Assembly: GCA_043777615.1 (NCBI GenBank)
Contig: JAYWHV010000243.1
Span: 1 to 37,401 of the forward strand
Direction: 5' to 3'
DNA: 37,401 nt
Source of the DNA: Burkholderiales bacterium
GTDB taxonomy: Bacteria; Pseudomonadota; Gammaproteobacteria; Burkholderiales; Casimicrobiaceae
Position 1 is the first letter of the stretch. Each line of letters begins with the position of its first letter. The notes under the pieces were generated by a model. That model had not been told where the DNA came from, made no database searches, and saw only the letters and a list, made by a program, of their open reading frames with translations. A program made the translations under genes and the position numbers. Below, piece by piece: positions 27,546 to 35,618 of this stretch.

Positions 27546-27663
27546 TCGGCTTTTTCGTCTATGCCTTGCTGCGTAGGGGCTAAGACGTCAAACTAATCAA
27601 AGTCGACTAACTGGCTTTTCGCCGCTTATCCCTGATACAATAAGAGTTTCAGCGAAAAGTTAA
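27546..27663. repeat. 118-bp dyad-symmetric element, copy C
   Basis: GGCTTTT (27548)...GGGGCT (27576)...AAGTCGACT (27600-27608)...ATCCC...AAAAGTT (27661); same spacing as A and B. Confidence 0.9.
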
Positions 27664-27722
27664 TCGTTAATCGAGCATTTTGGCGGCGAATTCGAACCCC
27701 GGCGTATCGCTAAACTCTTTCC

Positions 27723-28646
27723 ATGCAACCCGCCTTCGCCCCAGTGAATTCTCCGGTCAATTCCAATCTTCCGCCGCTCGAACAACCGTACCTCGATTTG
27801 CTGCAACAAGTCAGCGATCAGGGTGCCATCAAGGGCGACCGCACCGGAACCGGCACCCGCTCGGTGTTCGGCGCGCAACTTCGCTTTGACCTGCAGCGCG
27901 GCTTCCCGCTACTGACGACCAAAAAAGTCTTCTGGAAGGCCATCGCCTACGAATTGCTGTGGTTTTTGCGCGGCGACAGCAATGCCAAATGGCTGCAGGA
28001 ACGCGGCGTTACCATCTGGGACGAATGGGCGAAACCCGACGGCGATCTGGGCCCAGTCTACGGCGTCCAATGGCGCTCCTGGCCCAAGCGCGAGGAAGAC
28101 GGCGGCGGCACGATTGACCAGATCGCCAACGTGATCGACATGCTCAAGCGCGACCCGAATTCGCGCCGCATCATCGTCTCGGCCTGGAACGTCGCGGACT
28201 TGTCGAAGATGGCACTGATGCCGTGCCACGCGTTCTTCCAGTTTTATGTGGCCGACCCGATCTCAGCGCGAGATCGCGCGCGGGCAAAGGAGGAAGGCCT
28301 CGACGACACGCTCCCCAAGCCACGCCTCTCCTGCCAGCTCTACCAGCGCAGCGCCGACCTTTTCCTCGGCGTCCCGTTCAACATCGCGAGCTACGCCCTG
28401 CTCACCCACATGATCGCCCAACAATGCGATCTCGACGTTGGCGACTTCATCTGGACCGGCGGCGATTGCCACATCTACGACAACCACACCGAGCAGGTCG
28501 CAACACAACTGTCACGCACGCCGCTGCCCCCACCACGCCTCGTCATCAAACGCAAACCAGCGTCGATTTTTGAATATGAGTTTGAGGATTTTGAGATTGC
28601 GGACTATCAGAGTCATGCGGGGATTAAGGCGCCGGTGGCGGTATAA
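27723..28646 (+). CDS. thyA: Thymidylate synthase
   Basis: [75 protein letters not shown]. Confidence 0.97.
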   Translation: MQPAFAPVNSPVNSNLPPLEQPYLDLLQQVSDQGAIKGDRTGTGTRSVFGAQLRFDLQRGFPLLTTKKVFWKAIAYELLWFLRGDSNAKWLQERGVTIWDEWAKPDGDLGPVYGVQWRSWPKREEDGGGTIDQIANVIDMLKRDPNSRRIIVSAWNVADLSKMALMPCHAFFQFYVADPISARDRARAKEEGLDDTLPKPRLSCQLYQRSADLFLGVPFNIASYALLTHMIAQQCDLDVGDFIWTGGDCHIYDNHTEQVATQLSRTPLPPPRLVIKRKPASIFEYEFEDFEIADYQSHAGIKAPVAV

Positions 28647-28658
28647 GGGAGTACAAGA

Positions 28659-29600
28659 TTGGATCCCAACATTTGTCCGATTTACCGAAACACAACTAGA
28701 TCACCGATGACGGGCAACGGGAGCAATGGCACAAAAAATGTCGAATGCGACCAATGTGGCCCATACGTGATTTCGGACGAAGCGGCAGAGGACGCTGACT
28801 GCCTACCCGCAGGCAAGCGCGCTCTTGCTTCGGCTTGGCTGACTCACAATAGACCGGCGGTTTTTAACCAAGCGCATTTGGAACTCGTTCGACGAGATTT
28901 GCCAAGGCCATCTTTAATAGTTCGAGCAACATCTCTGCTGAAATGGCTCGCAAATAGGTATCCAGCGGGCACAAACTTTAAATTGGGGGAAATAGGGAGT
29001 AGAAGCGACAGTGATGCCAGTCCCTTGCTTCCACAAAGTTGGAGCCACAATTTGGAAGAAGCGATGTTCGTTTTCAATAGCGTCCTTGTCGGAGAATTGA
29101 AGTACGTCTCACAGCCGCGGTACGACGAATTTCAAATCAATCCGAAAGGCTGGCTCGCTCTCGAGGGAGAACCAAACGCTGAGTCTTCCATTGGGTTTGT
29201 TGCAATGTGGTTCTCAGAAGAAGTGCGAATACTCTTTGATAGCGTGATTGATCCCTCGATTCGCGATGCGGGCTATGAACCCTTACGCATTGATGGCACG
29301 GAACACAACAACAAAATTGATGACGAGATCGTCGCGTCAATTCGTGCCGCAAGGTTCGTCGTGGCGGACTACACCGCTGGCGACACTGGCCCACGTGGCG
29401 GCGTCTACTACGAAGCTGGCTTCGCGCATGGTCTTGGTTTACCAGTCGTTTTCATGGCGCGGGAAGGCACTGATCTGCACTTTGACATTCGCCAGTACAA
29501 CACGATTTTCTGGAAAACAGACGACCTGCCCGACGCACGCAAACGTTTGACGAACCGCATCCTAGCGACACTCGGACGTGGCCCGCTCAAAACTTCTTAG
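28659..29600 (+). CDS. Hypothetical protein with N-terminal Cys motifs and a C-terminal nucleoside 2-deoxyribosyltransferase/TIR-like domain
   Basis: CPI..CDQCGPY at the N-terminus; C-terminal GFVAMWF, IDDEIVASIRAARFVVADYT, GVYYEAGFAHGLGLPV, LHFDIRQYNTIFW; TTG start after RBS AAGGGAG; visibly more AT-rich than its neighbours. Confidence 0.8.
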   Translation: MDPNICPIYRNTTRSPMTGNGSNGTKNVECDQCGPYVISDEAAEDADCLPAGKRALASAWLTHNRPAVFNQAHLELVRRDLPRPSLIVRATSLLKWLANRYPAGTNFKLGEIGSRSDSDASPLLPQSWSHNLEEAMFVFNSVLVGELKYVSQPRYDEFQINPKGWLALEGEPNAESSIGFVAMWFSEEVRILFDSVIDPSIRDAGYEPLRIDGTEHNNKIDDEIVASIRAARFVVADYTAGDTGPRGGVYYEAGFAHGLGLPVVFMAREGTDLHFDIRQYNTIFWKTDDLPDARKRLTNRILATLGRGPLKTS

Positions 29601-32217
29601 TCCAAACCTCGCGGAATCTTTTTTTGCTTCTCGCGGTTGGACGCCGTTTGCTTTTCAACGCGAAACTTGGGCCGCGCAGGCGGCGGGCAAGAGTGGGCTG
29701 ATTAACGCACCTACGGGATTTGGCAAGACTTACGCCGCGTTTTGTGGCCTCTGTCGAACATCCAAAGCAGCCAACCCATTGCCCCCTCTCCCCATGCGGG
29801 AGAGGGTTGGGGTGAGGGGTTCGGTGGCGCTCCAGCCCGAGTCAGATGATGAAGCCAAGGCGCCCCTTCTCCCTGGCTCTCTCCCACGAGGCGAGAGGGG
29901 ACCGATCGCGCCCCCAATCACCATTCTCTGGATCACCCCCTTAAAAGCTTTGGCCGCCGACACCCTGCTTTCGCTAAAAGACGCAGCCGCCGCCATGCAG
30001 CCCACCTGGACTGTCGGTCTGCGCACGGGCGACGTGTCCACCAGCGAGCGCGCAAAGCAGGATCGCCGCTTGCCCACGGTGCTCGTCACAACCCCGGAGT
30101 CGCTCGCGCTGATGCTCACCAAAGCCGACTGGCAGGCGCGGCTCGGCAGCCTGAATTGCATCGTGGTGGACGAATGGCACGAGTTGTTGTCGTCAAAGCG
30201 CGGCGTGCTGCTGGAGCTCTGCCTCGCGCGCGTTCGCGGTGGCAGAAAAAAAGGCAGCAAGCCGCTGCAAACCTGGGGCATGAGCGCGACGCTTGGCAAC
30301 CTTGATGAGGCGATGCGTGTGCTGATCGGCCCGGACGCGGCGCTCGCGGGCGAAGGCGTGCTGATCAGCGGCAAGATCAAAAAAGACATCGTGATCGATT
30401 CGCTGATGCCGAAGACGATTGAGCGCTTTCCGTGGGGTGGGCATTTGGGACTGCGTCTGTTGCCCGAAGTGCTCGCGAAGCTGGATCAATCGAAGAGCAC
30501 GCTCATCTTCACCAACACCCGCTCGCAAACCGAGATCTGGTATCAGGCGCTGCTCGATGCCAAACCGGAACTAGCGGGTCTCATCGCGCTGCATCACGGC
30601 TCGCTCGACAAGGCGACGCGTGCTTACGTGGAGGAAGGCATCAAGAGCGGCGCGCTGGTGACTGTGGTGTGCACGAGCTCGCTCGACCTCGGAGTGGACT
30701 TTCGACCCGTGGAACAGGTGCTGCAAATTGGCTCGCCGAAGGGCATCGCGCGCCTCTTGCAGCGCGCGGGCCGCAGCGGCCATCAACCGGGCGCAAAGAG
30801 CCGCGTCACGGTCGTGCCAACGCATGCACTGGAGCTGGTGGAGGCCGCCGCTGCACGACAGGCGGCGTATGCAGGCCATATCGAATCGCGAACGCCGTTG
30901 GGTCATGGTCATAGCGGCGCAAAATGGCGCTCGCTGGATGTGCTCACGCAGCACATGGTGAGCTGTGCGCTCGGCGGCGGGTTCGATGCGGATGAATTGC
31001 GCGCGGAGGTTGAGCGCACGTTTTCGTACATGGCGCTGACCGATGCTGAATGGACGTGGTGCCTGGACTTTGTGACAAAGGGCGGCGCGTCGCTCTCGGC
31101 ATATCCAGACTTTCACAAGGTGGCGATTGATCCGGAGACCGGCCACTACGTCGTCACAGATCGACGCATCGCCACGCGCCACCGCACCAATATCGGCACC
31201 ATCGTGTCAGAGGCGTCGATCACCGTTCAGTTCCTGGGCGGCGCACGGCTCGGGCATGTCGAGGAAGATTTCATCGCACGCCTGAACCCCGGCGACGCGT
31301 TTATCTTCGCAGGCCGCGTGGTCGAGTTCATTCGTGTTCGCGAGATGACGGCGTACGTGCGACGAGCGGCAAAACGGAAGAATCTTGTGCCGCGCTGGGC
31401 AGGCGGAAAAATGCCGCTCTCCACTCAATTAGCGACCGCTACTCGCGCGTTGATTGCCGAAGCAAAAAACGGCATTTACTCAACACCCGAGACGAAACTG
31501 TGCGCACCATTATTCGCGCTGCAAGCGCGCTTGTCTATGCTGCCCGACGAGAAAGAATGGCTGATCGAATCGTTCAAAAGCAAAGAGGGCTGGCACCTGT
31601 TCTTCTTCCCGTTCGAAGGGCGATTGGTGCATTTGGGATTGGCTACGTTGTTCAGCTATCGCATCGCCAAAAATCATCCTGAACTCGGAAAAACGTTTTC
31701 TATCGCGATCAACGATTACGGCTTCGAATTGCTCTCACCCACCGAGGTTACGTTGAGCGCAAAGGAGCTGCGCGAACTGCTCGATTCACGAAACGTAGAG
31801 GCCGACATCCTTGCGGGACTTAACGCAGCAGAGCTGGGCAAACGTCAGTTTCGCGAGATTGCACGCGTGGCGGGACTCATCGATCAAGGCTATCCGGGTC
31901 AGAACAAATCCAGCAAACAGTTGCAGGCATCAAGCGGCTTGCTGTTTGAAGTATTCACTACTTACGACAGTGAAAATTTGCTGCTGAAGCAGGCGGTGCG
32001 CGAAGTGCTCGAACGGCAGCTGGAGGCGTCTCGTCTGGCCTCTGCGCTGTTGCGACTGCGCGGCAGCAAAGCGCTGATGGTCGCGTGTGATCGACCGACG
32101 CCGTTCTCATTTCCGCTGATGGTTGAGCGATTGCGTGAGAAGCTCTCAACAGAGCAGATTGAGCAGAGAGTGGCGAGAATGGTGGCGGAGCTGGATGGAG
32201 CGGCAACCGCGAATTGA
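29578..32217 (+). CDS. Ligase-associated DEXH-box helicase (Lhr-core family)
   Basis: GWTPFAFQ Q-motif, APTGFGKT, WITPLKALA, VTTPESL, VVDEWHEL, SAT, FTNTRSQ, HHGSL, SSLDLGVDF, QRAGRSGH. Start uncertain (GTG overlapping the upstream gene). Confidence 0.92.
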   Translation: MARSKLLSPNLAESFFASRGWTPFAFQRETWAAQAAGKSGLINAPTGFGKTYAAFCGLCRTSKAANPLPPLPMRERVGVRGSVALQPESDDEAKAPLLPGSLPRGERGPIAPPITILWITPLKALAADTLLSLKDAAAAMQPTWTVGLRTGDVSTSERAKQDRRLPTVLVTTPESLALMLTKADWQARLGSLNCIVVDEWHELLSSKRGVLLELCLARVRGGRKKGSKPLQTWGMSATLGNLDEAMRVLIGPDAALAGEGVLISGKIKKDIVIDSLMPKTIERFPWGGHLGLRLLPEVLAKLDQSKSTLIFTNTRSQTEIWYQALLDAKPELAGLIALHHGSLDKATRAYVEEGIKSGALVTVVCTSSLDLGVDFRPVEQVLQIGSPKGIARLLQRAGRSGHQPGAKSRVTVVPTHALELVEAAAARQAAYAGHIESRTPLGHGHSGAKWRSLDVLTQHMVSCALGGGFDADELRAEVERTFSYMALTDAEWTWCLDFVTKGGASLSAYPDFHKVAIDPETGHYVVTDRRIATRHRTNIGTIVSEASITVQFLGGARLGHVEEDFIARLNPGDAFIFAGRVVEFIRVREMTAYVRRAAKRKNLVPRWAGGKMPLSTQLATATRALIAEAKNGIYSTPETKLCAPLFALQARLSMLPDEKEWLIESFKSKEGWHLFFFPFEGRLVHLGLATLFSYRIAKNHPELGKTFSIAINDYGFELLSPTEVTLSAKELRELLDSRNVEADILAGLNAAELGKRQFREIARVAGLIDQGYPGQNKSSKQLQASSGLLFEVFTTYDSENLLLKQAVREVLERQLEASRLASALLRLRGSKALMVACDRPTPFSFPLMVERLREKLSTEQIEQRVARMVAELDGAATAN
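29782..29900. repeat. Inverted REP doublet (REPIN-like) inside the helicase coding sequence
   Basis: CCCTCTCCCCATGCGGGAGAGGGTTGGGGTGAGGGG (29784-29819) and the inverted degenerate copy CCCCTTCTCCCTGGCTCTCTCCCACGAGGCGAGAGGGG (29863-29900); same family as 15014-15050. Confidence 0.8.
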
Positions 32218-32239
32218 TCGACAAGCGCGCGCTAATCTA

Positions 32240-32332
32240 CCGTTCGCACTAAACCCGTCGAAGTGCTCGTAAGACGCGCTGATTTAGTGAGCCTGGGAGC
32301 AACCGGGCCTTCGACAGGCTCAGGCCGAACGG
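32240..32332. repeat. REP-like inverted pair (CTTCGACAGGCTCAGGCCGAACGG type) between convergent genes
   Basis: Left arm CCGTTCGCACTAAACCCGTCGAAG (32240-32263) matches the reverse complement of 32309-32332 at 19/24 positions. Confidence 0.7.
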
Positions 32333-32353
32333 AGAAAACTGGTCGGTTCCGCT

Positions 32354-32728
32354 TTACTCAGCTCGCCCTAACTGCTTCTCGCCAAAGCGAAACCACGCCC
32401 GCACAATGCGCTCGCCGTGCACCTCGTACATCGCGATCAGTTCGATGGTTCCGATGCCTTCTGGTTCAGGGAAATTCCGCGTAATCACCTCCTGGTCAAT
32501 CACCAGATTTCCCATCGCCATGCGGCTCACCAATCGGGCATGAAGATCCGGTTCCTGCAAGCGAACGCTCAAACGCTCCCGCACCTGCGCAGCTCCGGTA
32601 GCCACAAGCGTAGAAGGAAATTCAAAATGCTGAATATCCTCAGAATAGATCGCCATCAACGCATCTACATCGTGAGCGTTGTAAGCGTCCAGTTGGCGCT
32701 GGACTACGGTGGCAGGATCAAGTGTCAT
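32354..32728 (-). CDS. SnoaL/NTF2-like protein
   Basis: VVQRQLDAYNAHDVDA, LHARLVSRMAMGNLVIDQE, AMYEV..ERIVRAWF; start MTLDP. Confidence 0.85.
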   Translation of the reverse strand: MTLDPATVVQRQLDAYNAHDVDALMAIYSEDIQHFEFPSTLVATGAAQVRERLSVRLQEPDLHARLVSRMAMGNLVIDQEVITRNFPEPEGIGTIELIAMYEVHGERIVRAWFRFGEKQLGRAE

Positions 32729-32738
32729 GGCTGGCGCA

Positions 32739-33164
32739 TTACCGTTCGTGATTGGCGATCGCCTGCAACGCGGTTCGAATGCCCGCTGGAATCGCGACAC
32801 TTTTACCTGCTGCGCGATCAACAAACACATGTACGAAGAAACCCGTTGCGCGCGGCTCATCTTCGCCCTCACCAAACAGCCCAACCTCGTACCGCACTGA
32901 GCTGTTGCCCAATTTGCTGACAGATAGACCCGCATGCACAGTCTCGGGAAACGCGAAGCTCTTCTTGTACGTGCAGCCCGAATCCACGGCGAAGCCGACG
33001 ATGGGCGCATTGTGAATATCGAGCCCGCCGACGCGGATCAGGTATTCATTGATGACGGTGTCGAACCAGCTGTAGTAGACGACATTGTTTACGTGCCCGT
33101 AAACGTCGTTGTCCATCCAGCGGGTGGGGATGGTGAGGAAGTGTTTGTAGTCGCTAGAGGGCAT
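32739..33164 (-). CDS. Acyl-CoA thioesterase (4HBT/YbgC hot-dog family)
   Basis: TRWMDNDVYGHVNNVVYYSWFDT; LGNSSVRYEVGLF; GFFVHVFVDR. Confidence 0.92.
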   Translation of the reverse strand: MPSSDYKHFLTIPTRWMDNDVYGHVNNVVYYSWFDTVINEYLIRVGGLDIHNAPIVGFAVDSGCTYKKSFAFPETVHAGLSVSKLGNSSVRYEVGLFGEGEDEPRATGFFVHVFVDRAAGKSVAIPAGIRTALQAIANHER

Positions 33165-33218
33165 ACACAAATTATTAACCAACTTGTGCCGCAGGTGTCC
33201 AGGTCTCCGGTGTGAGGG

Positions 33219-34439
33219 CTACGTTAACCGCTCATCCAATAACTCAATCCAGTGCTTCACTACGAGCTCAGTCCCGCTTTGCAAATGCGTCATGCAACCG
33301 ATGTTGGCGGTAGCGATTTGCGTGGGCGCGCCAGCGGTCAGCGCCTTGAGCTTTCGGCCTTTGAGTTCATTGCTGAGCGTGGGCTGTAGCACCGAATAGG
33401 TACCCGCCGAGCCACAGCAGAGGTGGCTATCGGCGACGGGGGCGAGCGCGAAGCCCATGTCTTTAAGCAGGCCCTCAACGCCGCCTTTCAACTTCATGCC
33501 ATGTTGCAGTGTGCAGGGTGGGTGATAGGCGATTTTGTCGGTGGCGGGTTTGACTTTTGTTTGCAGCTTCGGCCACTCGGCAGCGATGACCTCAGAGATG
33601 TCTTTTGACAGCGCGGCAACACGCTCGGCTTTGGCCGCGTATGCAGCGTCATGCTTCATGAAATGGCCGTAGTCCTTGAGCATCACCGAACAACCTGATG
33701 CCGTTCCGACGACGGCTTCTGCGCCCGCTTCGATGAGCGGCCACCATGCGTCAATATTGGCTCGCACTTTAGTCACGGCCTCGTCATGTGCATTCAGGTG
33801 ATGCGACAGCGCGCCGCAACAGCCACCTGCTCTGACGCGTTTGAGCGCAATACCGGCAGCGCTGAGCACTCGGGCAGTGGCGCTGTCAATCGACGGCGCG
33901 AGGGCGTCCTGCACGCAGTTGTCGAGCAACAGCATGCTGCGCGCATGTTGTGCAGTCGGCCATGTGCCTGTTGCGCGACGGGGCTGGATTTTGGCTTTCA
34001 AGGCCGCAGGCAGCAGCGGTCGGGCGGCACGACCGAGCGCAATTGCGGCGGCGAATGATTTCTTGCTGAGCAGACCTTTACGCAGCACCCGACGTTGCAA
34101 AGATTGTCCGAACGTGCGGCCGACTTTCTTCTCAACCACGGCACGACCGATGTCGACCAGACGACCATATTCCACGCCACTCGGGCAGGTACTTTCGCAG
34201 TTGCGACAGGTCAGACAACGATCCAGATGCTGCTGCGTTTTTATGGTGGGTTCGACACCTTCGAGCACTTGCTTGATGAGATAAATTCGCCCGCGCGGGC
34301 CGTCGAGCTCATCGCCCAGCACCTGATACGTTGGGCAAGTCGCTGTGCAAAAACCACAATGTACGCACGAGCGAAGGATGGCGTCAGCCTCGATGCCTTC
34401 GGGCGTGTCTTTGATGAAGTCGGCGAGATTGGTTTGCAT
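33219..34439 (-). CDS. glcF: Glycolate oxidase iron-sulfur subunit
   Basis: CVHCGFCTATCPTY, CLTCRNCESTCPSGV, two CCG motifs, TANIGC; follows glcE. Confidence 0.95.
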   Translation of the reverse strand: MQTNLADFIKDTPEGIEADAILRSCVHCGFCTATCPTYQVLGDELDGPRGRIYLIKQVLEGVEPTIKTQQHLDRCLTCRNCESTCPSGVEYGRLVDIGRAVVEKKVGRTFGQSLQRRVLRKGLLSKKSFAAAIALGRAARPLLPAALKAKIQPRRATGTWPTAQHARSMLLLDNCVQDALAPSIDSATARVLSAAGIALKRVRAGGCCGALSHHLNAHDEAVTKVRANIDAWWPLIEAGAEAVVGTASGCSVMLKDYGHFMKHDAAYAAKAERVAALSKDISEVIAAEWPKLQTKVKPATDKIAYHPPCTLQHGMKLKGGVEGLLKDMGFALAPVADSHLCCGSAGTYSVLQPTLSNELKGRKLKALTAGAPTQIATANIGCMTHLQSGTELVVKHWIELLDERLT

Positions 34440-34505
34440 GGCGGCTTTGTGCTTGTTCGAGCGGCGCGAGCCGCGAATGACGGTTGTCTGCGGCTCGTGC
34501 GGCTG

Positions 34506-35552
34506 CTACGACAAAGTTGGAAAGACGTTGTAGGGATCAAAGCTGGCTTTGATTTTTTGGCTGACTTCAGCGAGCGCCGGCTGCGTCGATTCGGAGCGCT
34601 CCCCTGGTGTGGTCGCGCCACGAAATACGGTGGCGTACCCGCCTTCAGCACGCGCCCATTCGCGAATGACGGGCAGCGCGATGGATTGCGTGCACAACCA
34701 GCGCTGCGCTCCGCCCCAGTCGATGGCCTGCATTTCCCGGCTGCTAGCGAGATCGCCCCAGGGCGCGGTTGATTTGCAACTCACTCGAATCAACGGGCCA
34801 TCGCCTGTGAAGAAAGAATGTGCCTGCTCGCGCCAGTCTCGCCACCATTGGACATCATTGGCCAGGGGTTCGCCGCCGAGCCGCGCAACCGCTGAATTCA
34901 CAGCGGGTTCTGCACCCGCAAGACGCACATAAAGGTTGCCATCGACCCACGTAGTGGCCGTCACCGGATTCGCCTCGGCATACCAGCGGTTCATGGCGAC
35001 GACGGCGCTTGGCGCGTCCATCGCAAACACGCGCGTTTGCTGTGCCTTGGGCAACGGCAGGCATTTGAACGAAACCTCAGTGATCACGCCCAGCGTGCCC
35101 ATGGACCCCGTAATCAGACGAGACACGTCGAAACCTGCGACGTTTTTCATCACCTTGCCACCAAAGCTCAGGTAATCACCTTTACCGTCAAGCACTTTAC
35201 AGCCCAGTACGAAATCTCGCACCGCTCCTGCATACGGGCGGCGCGGACCAGACAAGCTGCTTGCGACCATGCCACCAATCGTTGCAAGCTCGCCGAAGTG
35301 AGCGGGTTCGAAGGCGAGCATCTGGGTGGCTGCGGCCATCGCTTGTTCTACGTCAGCGATCGGAGTGCCGCAGCGGACGACGATCACGAGTTCTTTTGGA
35401 TCGTATTCAACGATGCCCGCGTGGGTGCGCGTGTCGAGCACTTCGCCTTGCGCTTGCGGCGCGAGGAAAGTCTTGCTGCCGCTGCCACGAATGGTGAGTT
35501 TTTCTCCCTTGGCAGCGGCGGCTTTGATTTGGTTTTGCCAGGCTTCGATCAT
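34506..35552 (-). CDS. glcE: Glycolate oxidase FAD-binding subunit
   Basis: GIVEYDPKEL, QMLAFEP, GPRRPYAGAVRDFVLG, GGKVMKNVAGFDVSRL, DWGGAQRW, IKASFDP. Confidence 0.93.
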   Translation of the reverse strand: MIEAWQNQIKAAAAKGEKLTIRGSGSKTFLAPQAQGEVLDTRTHAGIVEYDPKELVIVVRCGTPIADVEQAMAAATQMLAFEPAHFGELATIGGMVASSLSGPRRPYAGAVRDFVLGCKVLDGKGDYLSFGGKVMKNVAGFDVSRLITGSMGTLGVITEVSFKCLPLPKAQQTRVFAMDAPSAVVAMNRWYAEANPVTATTWVDGNLYVRLAGAEPAVNSAVARLGGEPLANDVQWWRDWREQAHSFFTGDGPLIRVSCKSTAPWGDLASSREMQAIDWGGAQRWLCTQSIALPVIREWARAEGGYATVFRGATTPGERSESTQPALAEVSQKIKASFDPYNVFPTLS

Positions 35553-35573
35553 ATTGAGTTACAAGGTTTTACT

Positions 35574-35611
35574 CCCTGTCCCGCAGTGCGGGACAGGGTT
35601 GGGGTGATGGG
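35574..35611. repeat. REP-like hairpin (CCCTCACCC-tail family) between GST and glcE
   Basis: Perfect inverted repeat CCCTGTCCCGC-agt-GCGGGACAGGG followed by the family tail TTGGGGTGA. Confidence 0.8.
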
Positions 35612-35618
35612 ACCCACG

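Noticed and set aside
4814-27663. 118-bp elements read as CRISPR repeats, integron attC sites or tRNA/ncRNA genes
   Set aside because: They are dispersed rather than arrayed, lack attC RYYYAAC/GTTRRRY ends, pair poorly between arms and show no cloverleaf; no cas or intI gene is present.
34460-34504. Stem-loop GCGAGCCGC...GCGGCTCGT between glcE and glcF
   Set aside because: Single GC-rich intercistronic hairpin without a U-tract or a second copy; at most an mRNA stability element.
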